A DNA stretch of 64,000 bases from Candidatus Cloacimonadales bacterium (lineage in GTDB: Bacteria; Cloacimonadota; Cloacimonadia; Cloacimonadales; DAONDQ01). The DNA is taken from contig OY759316.1 in NCBI GenBank assembly GCA_963662275.1, positions 3,232,001 to 3,296,000 of the forward strand. Direction: 5' to 3'. Position 1 is the stretch's first letter; each line of letters begins with the position of its first letter. Positions 1-11,258 of the stretch are shown here, in pieces. Made by a program: the position numbers and the translations under genes. The notes under the pieces were generated by a model. That model searched no databases, was not told where the DNA came from, and worked only from the letters and a program-made list of their open reading frames with translations.

Positions 1-56
1 GATTCTTTGAGCATCCTAAGCTGATGATGTGATAGTACTTTTGTTCCATTCAATCC

Positions 57-1304
57 TTAAGATAATAAATGAATGAACAGACCCGAGCGAAGTTTCGGTT
101 CAAACCAGGTGGATTTGGGAGGCATGATCTCACCTGCATCTGCGATATCCATCAATTCATCCATTGAAGTTGGATACATGGCAAATGCTACCGCATCACG
201 ACCGGAATCAACTCGTTTTTGCAATTCTTCTAATCCACGTATGCCACCTACAAAGTCAATTCTCTTTTCAGTACGCGGATCGTGTATTGCCAAAAGAGGT
301 TCAAGCAGATTATCCTGCAATATAGAGACATCCAGGGATTTCACAGGGCTATGCGTAGGATATGTGCCTTTCTTGGCAGAAACGCAATACCACATACCAT
401 GCAAGTACATCCCGAATTCATGTGTCTTCTGAGGATGATAAGGTTTGACTTTGCTGTATTCTTCAATGTTAAATTGCTTTTCTATGAGATTGATGAATTC
501 CTGTACTGAATGACCATTCAAATCTTTCACAATACGATTATAATCCATAATCTTCAATTGGTTATCCGGAAAGATCACAGCCATGAAAAAGTTATATTCT
601 TCCTGCCCGGTATAACCAGGATGCTGTTCCCTGCGAAGTTCACCAACCCTAACTGCAGAAGCAGTACGATGATGACCATCTGCAACATACAGATAATTCA
701 TTTCTGAAAAAGCCTTTTGAATTGCAGCAATATCTTTTTCCTCTGACATCAGCCATAATGTATGGGCAACACCATCATCGGATACAAAATCATATGCAGG
801 TTCGTCTTGGGCTATTCTGTTCACGATTGTATCTATGTCATCACGATGACGATAAGTAAAGAAGACCGGACTTGAATGTGCATCACAGGTATCCACATGC
901 TTGATTCTGTCAGCTTCTTTTTCCTTACGTGTCAGTTCATGTTTTTTGATGGTTCCGTCCAGGTATTCATCCACAGAAGTGCAGCCGACAAGACCAAACT
1001 GCGCATGACCATTCATGATCTGGCGATAGATATAGAACATAGGCTTTTCGTCTTGAACCATAAGCCCTTTTTCTAAATAATTATATAAATTCTCTTTTGC
1101 TTTCTGATAGACTTTTTCATCATAAAGACTGATATCACGAGGAAGATCAACTTCAGGCTTTTCCACATGTATGAAACTAATCGGATTTTTCTTCACTTCA
1201 ACACGGGCTTCATCTGAATCCATGACATCATAGGGTAAAGAGGCAATTTCTTTGGCTTTATCCGGTATCGGTCTAACGGCTTTAAAAGGATGGAAAGTAG
1301 CCAT
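57..1304 (-). CDS. DUF1015 family protein
   Basis: 415 aa; family motifs 'SLPYDV', 'IKKHELT', 'YVADGHHRTA', 'MPPKSTWFEPKLRSGL'; AAGGAG RBS upstream. Confidence 0.9.
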   Translation of the reverse strand: MATFHPFKAVRPIPDKAKEIASLPYDVMDSDEARVEVKKNPISFIHVEKPEVDLPRDISLYDEKVYQKAKENLYNYLEKGLMVQDEKPMFYIYRQIMNGHAQFGLVGCTSVDEYLDGTIKKHELTRKEKEADRIKHVDTCDAHSSPVFFTYRHRDDIDTIVNRIAQDEPAYDFVSDDGVAHTLWLMSEEKDIAAIQKAFSEMNYLYVADGHHRTASAVRVGELRREQHPGYTGQEEYNFFMAVIFPDNQLKIMDYNRIVKDLNGHSVQEFINLIEKQFNIEEYSKVKPYHPQKTHEFGMYLHGMWYCVSAKKGTYPTHSPVKSLDVSILQDNLLEPLLAIHDPRTEKRIDFVGGIRGLEELQKRVDSGRDAVAFAMYPTSMDELMDIADAGEIMPPKSTWFEPKLRSGLFIHLLS

Positions 1305-1527
1305 GTGAATCTCCTTGAATGTTTTATTTCAAACACACTGGTGAGAGGTTTTCATGTCAAATGATTTTAGTTAGCCTGGGATATACTGCTTTGAGTTGAT
1401 TCTTCATAGCATCGACTAATCATTAGTGTTTTTAAGTTATGGCTTGATCTGTTTTGCATGAAAAGGCAACTGCCTATACTAGGAATTAAATGATAAATTC
1501 AAGTCTGATTCTGATATTGAATATATG

Positions 1528-1562
1528 AAACGGGCTACCCAAAATGAGTAACCCGTTTATTT
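1528..1562. terminator. Putative intrinsic terminator (imperfect hairpin)
   Basis: aaacgggctac-ccaaaatga-gtaacccgttt just downstream of the C25 gene; similar hairpins at about 39284 and 44726. Confidence 0.55.
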
Positions 1563-1594
1563 CTCTAATCTCTAGTCTCTATCCCCTTCTGGCA

Positions 1595-4500
1595 CTATTT
1601 CAGCAATAGCATCTTATGAGCTAAGCTCTTTCCGGGAGTTTCCAAATTATAAAAATACACTCCCGATGCCACTTTTCTGCCATTATTATCATCTCCGTTC
1701 CATTTGACTTTATGATAACCCTGATCCATACTTCCATTAACCAATTGTTTAACCAATTGTCCCTTAATGTTATAGATATTCAGATTCACCTTTGAGCTTT
1801 TTGATAGACCAAATCTGATCGTAGTTTCAGGATTGAAAGGGTTGGGATAGTTCTGGTCTAGACATTCTTTTTCAGGAATTTGAGGTGTGGAATTAGATGA
1901 AGTTTTGAACAACAAACTTAACAGATGATCTGTACTTTGCTGCCAAGCTTCGAAACTTCTCGGTTTAAATTTAGCCATTCTACCAATGTATCCTGATTTA
2001 TCCCCATTCGCATCAATGGCTAGATACACGTCACCAAGATTAATCACTGCAAATACTGAATCAGCTAATGAAGGAGGATTGGATATTACATTTTCATAGA
2101 AAGCAATTGCCTCAGGATAATTTCCCATACGTATATCACAGAAATTAGACAAGTAATTTGTGATGAAATCAATTTCAGGGGCTATATGAAGACTGTCTTC
2201 CGTGTTATAATAGGTTTTCAGCGACAAATAATCAGGAATTCTCTTGCTAATACCTTTAAGTTTATCTTCAATACGAAGAAGAGCTTTTTCAGCTAAAATA
2301 ACATATGTCGATTTTGGAAAATTATGAATGATTTCTTTATATTCGAGACGTGCTTCATCAAATTCTTTTGTCATTTCGTGATCATATGCTTTCTTGTAGA
2401 GTTCTCCTACCATATCGCTTTCAACTATTTGATCATCATTAGGAATCCATTCGTGGTCATAATTAAACCATTCAGGCGGACTAAAATCAGTTGCAGGATT
2501 AAACGTACTACCCCAAAAATTAGAACCTAGATTTATTGGAGTGATATTTGTGGGGAGAGGATCATCATTATAAGTAAATAGTTTAACACAAGGTATATTA
2601 TGATCTTCAGATTCGACACAATTATAAATCATATATTCCGGTATAGAATCCAGAGTAAATCCAACTTGGTAAAAGTCACTCAATTGAACTTTCTGATATG
2701 GCAGATTATCGGGATCACCTCTAAGAGTCCAATTAGAATAATTTTGTCCTGAAACTCCAATCCCATTGGCAATTATTTGGTTGTTATCACCAATTGTGGC
2801 ATTAGATTGTATAAGATTAACGCCATTGGAATAATTGTATTCGATTTCATTATTTTCTATAAAATTCATTCCTGAGTTTCCGCTATATTCAATATTGAGT
2901 CCAGTATGATTATTATAGAATTTGTTGTTAAATATCTGATAACTTGGTATGTGATTCAAATAAATGGCATCCCCTTCATAATCGTGTATATAGCACCTTT
3001 CAACATCCAGATAGATCATCTGGTCATTCCCGGAAGATCGGCTGTCAATTCTGCTTTTGTTGAAATCACATCCAATAACATAGGCTATGCAATCAGTAAG
3101 AGTTAAATCTGAATTTAAGTTAGGTGAAGAGTTATTGTTAAATTCAAAATCGCTATTTTCCAAATCAAGACTTCCAGAAACACTTAATGGAGAATTAAAA
3201 TAATTCCCATTGTGTATTTCTACTCTACATTTTTTTAGAACGGTAGTACTATGTGCTATGTTGTTACCTGTAAACTGAAGAAGAGAATTTGACCCTTTTA
3301 TCTCTGCATTGGTAAAGCTGCATTCAGTCAAAGCAACAGCACTCTCATTGATTGTTAAGGCAGCAGAATCAAAAAGCGTACCATTAATACTACTTGAAGT
3401 ATTCTGCAGAAATAAGCCATCCCATGGATGGTTAGGAGTTGATTTGAAAGCTGCATTTATGCCAATAACTAATTCACCGGATACGATGATTCTATCACCA
3501 ATTACAATTCTATCATTCATTAAAACAGAGGCTTCGGAACCTGTAATTATAGAATTAGGAGAAATTGTCAGAGTTCCGTCTACCGTGATATTACTTCTAT
3601 GAACTAGATTGATCATGCCTGTTAGTGTAAGTGATGAACCTTCAGGGACAAACATATGTGTATCCAGATTAAGAATCTCATTTTGCGGGGAAGTGATCAC
3701 TATTTCACCTAATGCCACCTGCATCATATCAGGAATGTAATTATGCTTGTTAGCAGTGACTTTTGAATAACTAAGAGTTGTAATTGCGATACCCTCAGAA
3801 CTAGTTTGTACAATCCTTTTTTGTGTGTTGCTTTGAAAAACAACTGTTGCATTTGCTACATTAGCTCCATTTTGATCTTGAACCAATATTGTTGAGAAAT
3901 CAATAAATGAAATCACTAAACGATTAGGGACAGCAGACCATATATCCATATCCGGGTCACCTATATAGACCAGGCTATGGCGTGCATTTGTATATCCAGA
4001 ACTAAGTCTGGCAGCAGCAAAACTAGCTCCTCCATTCCAAGGATCGGCATTCTGAAATTGTTCTAAAACATGAGACGCAAATAGATTTTGGAGAAAACAA
4101 TTTTCCCAAAGATCACCCTTCATTCCTTCTCTGGTATTGCCAATATAAAGTGGTCCTCCAATTTCATGTTGAAATGACGTAAAAGCTTCTGCCATAGAAG
4201 GAAAACCACTTTCAGGATTATTGGGAATATTCCAGTCCCATTGAGCTGTGTCGCAACTGCTGGCAATAAAAATAGGATAACTCTCGTTTGGCTCGCTTAG
4301 ATCATCAAGTCCGTTAAAAGATTCATTTCCAATTTGATAAGAAGGGATGTTATAACGATCCAGGGAAGTTATGTAATTGCGGAACAATTCATCTCCCTGA
4401 GGTTGTGTTAAATTCGTAGGCCATGCAGCAATTGCCATTCGAGCTTTATTTCCATGGCAATTCAAGTCTATAATTCCAGGATATGATGACATGTCAGTAA

Positions 4501-5953
4501 TTATGTTCCTTCCGTAGGGTGTTAAATTACCGCCTTCTTCATAAATCGGTGTCCCGGGGATTAGTTCTCCATCATATGAACTTGAAGCGTCATGAGTATT
4601 GATTTGTGAAAAACCGTGGCTTAATAATGTCCTTGCTCCTGATCCGTTTGCTGCAAGAGATGCAGCAAGATAAAAGAAATTGCTCAAGTATCCAGCCCTG
4701 CCATTTCCCGGATTTTTTTCATATGCTAATACTTTTTCCACCCAATTTCTGATTGCATCATGACGGGTAGGGGAACCTGCCGGTGCATTCAATGTTGGCG
4801 GAATAATCAGCCTGCCGATAAACAGTTCCTGCGCATAATCTATGTTGTCATTATTTTGAGTATATCCATCTGGATTACTAAATTCTCCATAATAAGGATC
4901 ATTATTCCCATTCCAATCCCCATTAAAATCTGCGAAATACAAATCGGAAGGAATATGATTGAATTCCGGTTCACCGGGAACTTGTAAGAAACCCATATCA
5001 ATTGCTTTTCTTAATGGCGTGGAGCTATCAATACTGCCTACCATCAGGACATTGGCTAACCCGTGATGAAGCCATTGATATTCCAGGAATTTCCTGACTT
5101 TGCCAGCCGGATCATTGATGACATGAGATGATATGTCATCACCGCCTAGATTAGCAGCATAGATTTGATCATAAGTTAATACTCTCACGACATTACCTTT
5201 TTGTTCCTTCCAGTTAATAAAATCATCAAAGTAATTTTCAGTAGTGTGCGGACAGATGATCAGATAATTATAATAATTCGCATATTGTGGTAAGTGAGGG
5301 TCAACACAGAGTTCTGGAGTATTTCTATATAAATCAATATCTCCGGGATTACTCACTGAATTATACAGGTAAGCTTCATATTTGGGAATATCAACAGCAA
5401 AACGTGCCAGTGGATATACAGGTTGCATTGTTGAAGAAACAAGGTTAAGAGTGATTGAAATACTGGATACCATTACCAGTTTTTGTGATAGCGGATGATA
5501 GAGCAATGGATTGATTTCTATGGTCACAATATGGTTAGCGCCATCTATAAAACCATGCGATACCACTTTTGCATAACAATTTGGATACAAGGCATTGGAA
5601 TTGTAAATTAATGAATCCGGATTTGTGAAAACAGTACTCATTTCGTTATCATATCCCATGGTCTGTAAAGGTGCAACGTTATATGTACCAGATATAGAAA
5701 GTGTATCAGCTATGATATTTAAGCTGCCCACCTCCTGTTCCTTTGGAATGATTAAGTTAATGATCCGAACAGGTAATTTCGGACTCCCGACAACTGACGT
5801 TTGAGAACAGTTCTTCATTGAGATTTCTACAAAGTTACTTGATCTTGATGATGCGCTAACATCATTCCAGGTGAATGTTTCTGAATGAGACACGGCGTTC
5901 AGGTTCAAGAATACTAACGCCAGGAATAAAATAGTTAGAATTGTTGGTTTCAT
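1595..5953 (-). CDS. Secreted peptidase C25 (gingipain-like) with propeptide, beta-helix-like and TPR-like regions and a C-terminal T9SS-type/FlgD-Ig sorting domain
   Basis: Signal peptide; propeptide-like 'GSPKLPV'; 'PSDLYFAD', 'IGRL', candidate catalytic 'CHG' and 'SSCDT', 'IGDP'; C-terminal 'QNYPNPFNPETTI...SGVYFY'. Confidence 0.85.
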   Translation of the reverse strand: MKPTILTILFLALVFLNLNAVSHSETFTWNDVSASSRSSNFVEISMKNCSQTSVVGSPKLPVRIINLIIPKEQEVGSLNIIADTLSISGTYNVAPLQTMGYDNEMSTVFTNPDSLIYNSNALYPNCYAKVVSHGFIDGANHIVTIEINPLLYHPLSQKLVMVSSISITLNLVSSTMQPVYPLARFAVDIPKYEAYLYNSVSNPGDIDLYRNTPELCVDPHLPQYANYYNYLIICPHTTENYFDDFINWKEQKGNVVRVLTYDQIYAANLGGDDISSHVINDPAGKVRKFLEYQWLHHGLANVLMVGSIDSSTPLRKAIDMGFLQVPGEPEFNHIPSDLYFADFNGDWNGNNDPYYGEFSNPDGYTQNNDNIDYAQELFIGRLIIPPTLNAPAGSPTRHDAIRNWVEKVLAYEKNPGNGRAGYLSNFFYLAASLAANGSGARTLLSHGFSQINTHDASSSYDGELIPGTPIYEEGGNLTPYGRNIITDMSSYPGIIDLNCHGNKARMAIAAWPTNLTQPQGDELFRNYITSLDRYNIPSYQIGNESFNGLDDLSEPNESYPIFIASSCDTAQWDWNIPNNPESGFPSMAEAFTSFQHEIGGPLYIGNTREGMKGDLWENCFLQNLFASHVLEQFQNADPWNGGASFAAARLSSGYTNARHSLVYIGDPDMDIWSAVPNRLVISFIDFSTILVQDQNGANVANATVVFQSNTQKRIVQTSSEGIAITTLSYSKVTANKHNYIPDMMQVALGEIVITSPQNEILNLDTHMFVPEGSSLTLTGMINLVHRSNITVDGTLTISPNSIITGSEASVLMNDRIVIGDRIIVSGELVIGINAAFKSTPNHPWDGLFLQNTSSSINGTLFDSAALTINESAVALTECSFTNAEIKGSNSLLQFTGNNIAHSTTVLKKCRVEIHNGNYFNSPLSVSGSLDLENSDFEFNNNSSPNLNSDLTLTDCIAYVIGCDFNKSRIDSRSSGNDQMIYLDVERCYIHDYEGDAIYLNHIPSYQIFNNKFYNNHTGLNIEYSGNSGMNFIENNEIEYNYSNGVNLIQSNATIGDNNQIIANGIGVSGQNYSNWTLRGDPDNLPYQKVQLSDFYQVGFTLDSIPEYMIYNCVESEDHNIPCVKLFTYNDDPLPTNITPINLGSNFWGSTFNPATDFSPPEWFNYDHEWIPNDDQIVESDMVGELYKKAYDHEMTKEFDEARLEYKEIIHNFPKSTYVILAEKALLRIEDKLKGISKRIPDYLSLKTYYNTEDSLHIAPEIDFITNYLSNFCDIRMGNYPEAIAFYENVISNPPSLADSVFAVINLGDVYLAIDANGDKSGYIGRMAKFKPRSFEAWQQSTDHLLSLLFKTSSNSTPQIPEKECLDQNYPNPFNPETTIRFGLSKSSKVNLNIYNIKGQLVKQLVNGSMDQGYHKVKWNGDDNNGRKVASGVYFYNLETPGKSLAHKMLLLK

Positions 5954-5970
5954 GGTTCCTCCTTGTTTTT

Positions 5971-7602
5971 TTACTCCGAATAAACTAATTTCGAAGTATA
6001 TTTCTCGTTATCGTTCCCTGTAATTTTTAATAAATATATGCCGTGGCTTAGATGCAGGTCTTTGTTCCCTTTAACGTCCCAAATATATGAATCTGATCTG
6101 ATGTTTTTTTGGTTAAAGACCCTCCTGCCCCTGAGATCAAAGATGCTTATGTCGTAAATTGCCTGCGGTTGTTTATTCAGGAATTTGACATTTACTTTAT
6201 CATGAAATGGATTGGGATAGCATGCAATTGATTTACTTGGAATTGGTTGTGTCTCATCATCATTTCCCACAGAATGTTCCGAAAGAATGGTAGCGAAATT
6301 CACAACAGGTTCAGGTGAGTATTCATTTGAAAATACAAAAAACTCAGGGAATCCATCGTGATTTATGTCTCCAAGATAATAACAATAGCCATATTCATTA
6401 AAAACAAAATCTCCGGAATTCACAAAATCATAATTTAAATCCAAAGCTGAATCATTTTGAGTAAAAACAGAAAAATATCCCAGACGAGGTCCATCAGTCG
6501 TTAATTGATCTTGTTGAACACAAAAATCTATAAATGCATCATCGTTAAAATTACAATAAGATTGCAAATGCCTCCCAATTCGAACAGGGAAAATATTAGA
6601 ATGAATTGACAGAGAATTAAAATCAACTCCTCCATAAATAACGTTCAAAATTGAAGAAGTGGTAGAATAAGATAAATAAGATATGTCATCGAAACTATCT
6701 CCGTTCAAATCACCATTCGCTAATAATTTAGAATCCATCCCTCCATTTATATCATTTCCAATAATCGTTTCAAAAACCGGTATGCTGCTTAGAGTTTCTC
6801 CTCCAGCATAGATATCCAGGATGTAATTATAATTACCTGTTCCAGTAATTGGTACCTGCCTGGTCAGAACTATATCATCATAACCGTCACCATTGATGTC
6901 ACCTGCTGCCAAACCCCTGCCTAAATATTCTCCATCTGCGGTTCCCAGCTTATACCAGGCACAATTAGCACTGAATTGCTGACCTCCAAAAAAGACAAAA
7001 ACAGCTCCAGTATGTATCCCTGATGGTCCGGAACCGCTCACTATTAAATCATCATAACCATCACCATTGAGATTACAACCGGTAATAATATTCCCACCAA
7101 ACCACAAACCCCAACTATCACCGGGATAGTCTGCACCATATAACACAACGTCGGGAGTTTCTGAAATCGAAGTTCCGCCATAATAAATAGAAACAGCTCC
7201 GCTATTATCAGGACCATAGCCAGATGAACTCACCACCAGGTCATCAATGCCGTCACCATTTAAATCACCGGAATATGATAAGGTCGCACCATAATCTCCA
7301 CTTACCTCAGGTGGGGCTATCAGTATCTGATCAGGTACTGAAGCAGCGGTTGGAATTGAATGATAGATATATATTTTCCGATAATTCCCCTCTTCTTCAT
7401 TTAAACAAGAGAATATCAGATCAGGCGTTCCGTCTCCATTGATATCGCCGTTAGCTTCCACATTCGGCATAAAGTCATGCCCCCAGGGACAATTGAAACG
7501 CACAATTTCCTGCAAGGCTGTTTGAGCAAATAAAAGTAGCGGGCAAACAGTGATAAGAAATGACAAAATCAATATTCTATAAAAAAATGTATGCTGTTTC
7601 AT
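5971..7602 (-). CDS. Secreted FG-GAP repeat (beta-propeller) protein with CTD, copy 3 in transcription order
   Basis: Multiple 'GDxNGDGxDD' repeats, signal peptide, 'YPNPF' CTD; AAGGAGG RBS. Confidence 0.9.
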   Translation of the reverse strand: MKQHTFFYRILILSFLITVCPLLLFAQTALQEIVRFNCPWGHDFMPNVEANGDINGDGTPDLIFSCLNEEEGNYRKIYIYHSIPTAASVPDQILIAPPEVSGDYGATLSYSGDLNGDGIDDLVVSSSGYGPDNSGAVSIYYGGTSISETPDVVLYGADYPGDSWGLWFGGNIITGCNLNGDGYDDLIVSGSGPSGIHTGAVFVFFGGQQFSANCAWYKLGTADGEYLGRGLAAGDINGDGYDDIVLTRQVPITGTGNYNYILDIYAGGETLSSIPVFETIIGNDINGGMDSKLLANGDLNGDSFDDISYLSYSTTSSILNVIYGGVDFNSLSIHSNIFPVRIGRHLQSYCNFNDDAFIDFCVQQDQLTTDGPRLGYFSVFTQNDSALDLNYDFVNSGDFVFNEYGYCYYLGDINHDGFPEFFVFSNEYSPEPVVNFATILSEHSVGNDDETQPIPSKSIACYPNPFHDKVNVKFLNKQPQAIYDISIFDLRGRRVFNQKNIRSDSYIWDVKGNKDLHLSHGIYLLKITGNDNEKYTSKLVYSE

Positions 7603-7620
7603 GGTTCCTCCTTGTAGAAA

Positions 7621-9261
7621 TTACTCCGAATAAACTAATTTCGAAGTATATATCTTGTTATCGTTCCCTGTAATTTTTAATAAATATATGCCGTGGCTTA
7701 GATGCAGGTCTTTGTTCCCTTTAACGTCCCAAATATATGAATCTGATCTGATGTTTTTTTGGTTAAAGACCCTCCTGCCCCTGAGATCAAAGATGCTTAT
7801 GTCGTAAATTGCCTGCGGTTGTTTATTCAGGAATTTGACATTTACTTTATCATGAAATGGATTGGGATAGCATACAATTGATTTACTTGGTATAGGCTGA
7901 ATTTCATCTTCATTTCCCACAGAATGTTCCGAAAGAATGGTAGCGAAATTCACATATCCTTGAATCATATTGTCTTGTGAGAAGACGAAAAACTCTGGAA
8001 AACCATCATGGTTCATATCTCCTAAATAATAACCATAGCCGTAACCATTATTAATGTGGTCTCCAGCATTTACGAAATCATAGTTCAAATCAAAGATCGA
8101 ACTATTTTGAGCAAATAATGTCAAGTAACCCATTTCAGGTCCATCTGGCGTTAGTTGAGATTGCTGCATACAAAAATCAGAAAACTGATCATTATTCAAG
8201 TTGCAGTAATATTCTAATTGTCTTCCAATACGAGACGGAAAATTGTAATCATCTATTGTGAGTGCATTGAAATCATTGCCTCCATAAATAACCTTCAAAG
8301 TTGCTTCAGTCGCCGTATTATACAATATAACAATATCATCAAAGCCATCATCATTCAAATCCCCATTTGCCAATATTTTTCCCGTGACTTGTGAATAAAT
8401 TGTCTCATCGATAAAAATTGTCTCGTAGGCAGAAGAAGAAATTATGTTTGTTCCACCCGCATAGATATCCAAGACATCATTATAATCAGTTCCACTTTCA
8501 TTCAACACCTTCCTGGTCAGAACTATATCATCATAACCGTCACCATTGATGTCACCTGTGGCTAACCCCCTTCCCAAATTTTCTTCATCTGCTGTTCCCA
8601 GCTTATACCAGGCACAGTTGGCACTGAACTGCTGACCTCCTAAAAAGACATAAACACCACCGGTATGTATGCCTGATGGTCCGGAACCGCTCACTATTAA
8701 ATCATCATAGCCATCTCCATTCAGGTCACATCCTGTAATAATTTGATCACCAAAAGACAAACCCCAACTATCTCAGGGATAATCTTCACCGTATAAAACA
8801 ATATCAGGTTGTTCTGAGATAATATTTCCACCAAAATATATTGAAACTGCTCCACTATGATCCGGTCCATAAGCCACAGAACTTACTGCCAGGTCATCAA
8901 TGCCGTCTCCATTTAAATCACCGGAATATGAAAAACTAGCTCCGAACAGACCCATAACCATAGAGGGAGCCGTCAGTATCTGATCCGGTATAGATATATT
9001 TGTTGGAATTGTGTGATATATAAATATCTTGCGATCATATGAATTACTCTGATCATCATTGGAACATGCAAAAAGCAAATCAGGCGTTCCGTCTCCATTG
9101 ATATCGCCGTTAGCTTCCACATTCGGCATAAAGTCATGCCCCCAGGGACAATCAAAACGGATAATTTCCTGCAAGGCTGTTTGAGCAAATAAAAGTAGTG
9201 GGCAAACTGTGATAAGAAATGACAAATTCAATATTCTATAAAAAAATGTATGCTGTTTCAT
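7621..9261 (-). pseudogene. FG-GAP repeat/CTD protein, middle copy, interrupted by one in-frame TGA at 8773-8775
   Basis: ORFs 8773..9261 and 7621..8760 are in the same frame; read-through gives YP*DSWGL where the paralogs have YPGDSWGL and YPGDTWAL. Confidence 0.8.
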
Positions 9262-9279
9262 GGTTCCTCCTTGTAGAAA

Positions 9280-10911
9280 TTACTCCGAATAAACTAATTT
9301 CGAAGTATATATCTTGTTATCGTTCCCTGTAATTTTTAATAAATATATGCCGTGGCTTAGATGCAGGTCTTTGTTTCCTTTAACGTCCCAAATATATGAA
9401 TCTGATTTGATGTTTTTTTGGTTAAAGACCCTCCTGCCCCTGATATCAAAGACACCTATATCGTAACTCGTATACTGTTGTTTATTCATAATTTTAATAT
9501 TCACTTGATCACGAAATGGATTGGGAAAACATCGAATTGGAGAGGCGGGTATAGGCTGAATTTCATCACTATTTCCTACATAACTTTCTGTTAGTATTGT
9601 CGCATAATTGATGTAATCTGAATCAAAAGAACCTTCCCTGGAAATAACGAAAAATTCAGGATGACCATCCAGGTTCATATCACCGAGATAATATCCAAAT
9701 CCGTATTGATTATGTGCATGTGTTCCACAATTCATGAAATCATAATTCAAGTCCAATGTATTGCTATTTTGGGTAAATACGGTAAAGTAACCTATTTCAG
9801 GAGACCCTAGCGCTAAGGCATCCTGTTGTGCACAGAAATCTGTAAACAAATCATTATTCAGATTGCAATAATACTGCATTGATAAACCAATACGAAGAGG
9901 TAGTGGATAATCTTGGACAGACAGTGAACTAAAATCACTACCCCCATATATAACTTTCACGATTGCATCTGTTAAAGTATAATACATGAATAAGATATCA
10001 TCGAAACCATCACCATTCAAGTCACCATTTGCCAGAATATTGCCAGATATTCCAGAACTATGATCATTAACCAATATTTTCTCATATACTGGAGATGAAC
10101 TTAGTGTATGTCCCCCGGCATAGATATCTATGATTTCATTTGGATATGTTTGCTCTTGGCTCTGAACTTTCCTGGTCAGGACTATATCATCAAAACCATC
10201 ACCGTTGATATCTCCAGTAGCTAGTCCTTGACCTAAATACTCATATAGGGATGTGCCTGCCAAGTATAAGGCGCAGTTTGTACTGAACTGCTGCCCGCCT
10301 AGGAATACATAAACACTGCCGGTATGTATTCCTGAAGGTCCTGAACCATAAACTACGAGATCGTTGATTCCATCTCCATTGAGATCACAGTCCGTGAGCA
10401 AATTTGAACCAAAAAAAAGAGCCCATGTATCCCCAGGGTAGTCTTCCCCGTAAAGCATAACATCCGGCTGTTCTGAAATAGTATTTCCTCCATAATAAAT
10501 GGATACTGCTCCAGATTGAACTTCACCATAATCAACACTACTAACCACCAGGTCATCAATGCTGTCACCATTTAAATCACCGCCATAGGCAAGACTACCT
10601 CCAAATCCCCCATGATTCTGCTGGATGGCTGTTAGTATTTGGTCAGGTATCATATTACTATTTGGGATCGAATAATAAATATAAATTCTCCCATTCTCCG
10701 GATGGATATCATTTGGGTTGAAACAAGTGAAGATTAGATCAGGGCACCCATCACCATTGATATCTCCATTCCCCTGAACTATATGGGAGAAACAATTCCC
10801 CCAGGGACAATTGAAACGCACAATTTCCTGTAATGCTGCCTGAGCATTCAGAACGGTTGATGTGAGTAAAACCAGAAAAGACAATAATGCAATTTGTTTA
10901 AGTGATTTCAT
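9280..10911 (-). CDS. Secreted FG-GAP repeat protein with CTD, first copy (start revised to MKSLKQ)
   Basis: ATG at 10911 follows GGGAG and begins a signal peptide; gives 543 aa, the same length as paralog 5971..7602. Confidence 0.88.
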   Translation of the reverse strand: MKSLKQIALLSFLVLLTSTVLNAQAALQEIVRFNCPWGNCFSHIVQGNGDINGDGCPDLIFTCFNPNDIHPENGRIYIYYSIPNSNMIPDQILTAIQQNHGGFGGSLAYGGDLNGDSIDDLVVSSVDYGEVQSGAVSIYYGGNTISEQPDVMLYGEDYPGDTWALFFGSNLLTDCDLNGDGINDLVVYGSGPSGIHTGSVYVFLGGQQFSTNCALYLAGTSLYEYLGQGLATGDINGDGFDDIVLTRKVQSQEQTYPNEIIDIYAGGHTLSSSPVYEKILVNDHSSGISGNILANGDLNGDGFDDILFMYYTLTDAIVKVIYGGSDFSSLSVQDYPLPLRIGLSMQYYCNLNNDLFTDFCAQQDALALGSPEIGYFTVFTQNSNTLDLNYDFMNCGTHAHNQYGFGYYLGDMNLDGHPEFFVISREGSFDSDYINYATILTESYVGNSDEIQPIPASPIRCFPNPFRDQVNIKIMNKQQYTSYDIGVFDIRGRRVFNQKNIKSDSYIWDVKGNKDLHLSHGIYLLKITGNDNKIYTSKLVYSE

Positions 10912-11103
10912 GGGTAACTCCCGGATTGTAGGAAGCAGACAGCATAATTTGGTGTATTTTATAACTGGGAGCATATCTGTAATTGATTCGATATCTAAAC
11001 AGATGTTTCGTCTTACAACAAAGCGATCTCTGTGTAATGAACATCTTCGCCTCCCAGTCTCGATTTCTAATTGTAGCCCAATCAAGTTTAGCTTCTATTA
11101 TGT

Positions 11104-11132
11104 ATACTATTCGTATTATATATTTTCGTCAA
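11104..11132 (-). promoter_or_regulatory. Sigma70-like promoter for the FG-GAP/C25 operon
   Basis: Minus strand TTGACG-17 bp-TAGTAT. Confidence 0.55.
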
Positions 11133-11258
11133 GTTAATTATTTACCTGGCTGCTGTGTTTTCAAAGTATCTGACAGAGTGATATAAATTCCTGTAACTTT
11201 TCATCCCCAACGCTTTCAAGTAAGTTCAATAGATATATAGAATTGCCCTTAATTACTA

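Noticed and set aside
8773..8775. Selenocysteine or genome-wide UGA=Gly recoding
   Set aside because: The position aligns to Gly, not Cys; housekeeping genes here are uninterrupted under the standard code and several end at TGA (e.g. ymdB, pheT).
10912..11085. N-terminal extensions given by the ORF track (also 15790-15933, 37950-38222, 12318-12395)
   Set aside because: Downstream starts have SD sequences and signal peptides or family N-termini; the extensions cross promoters or repeats.
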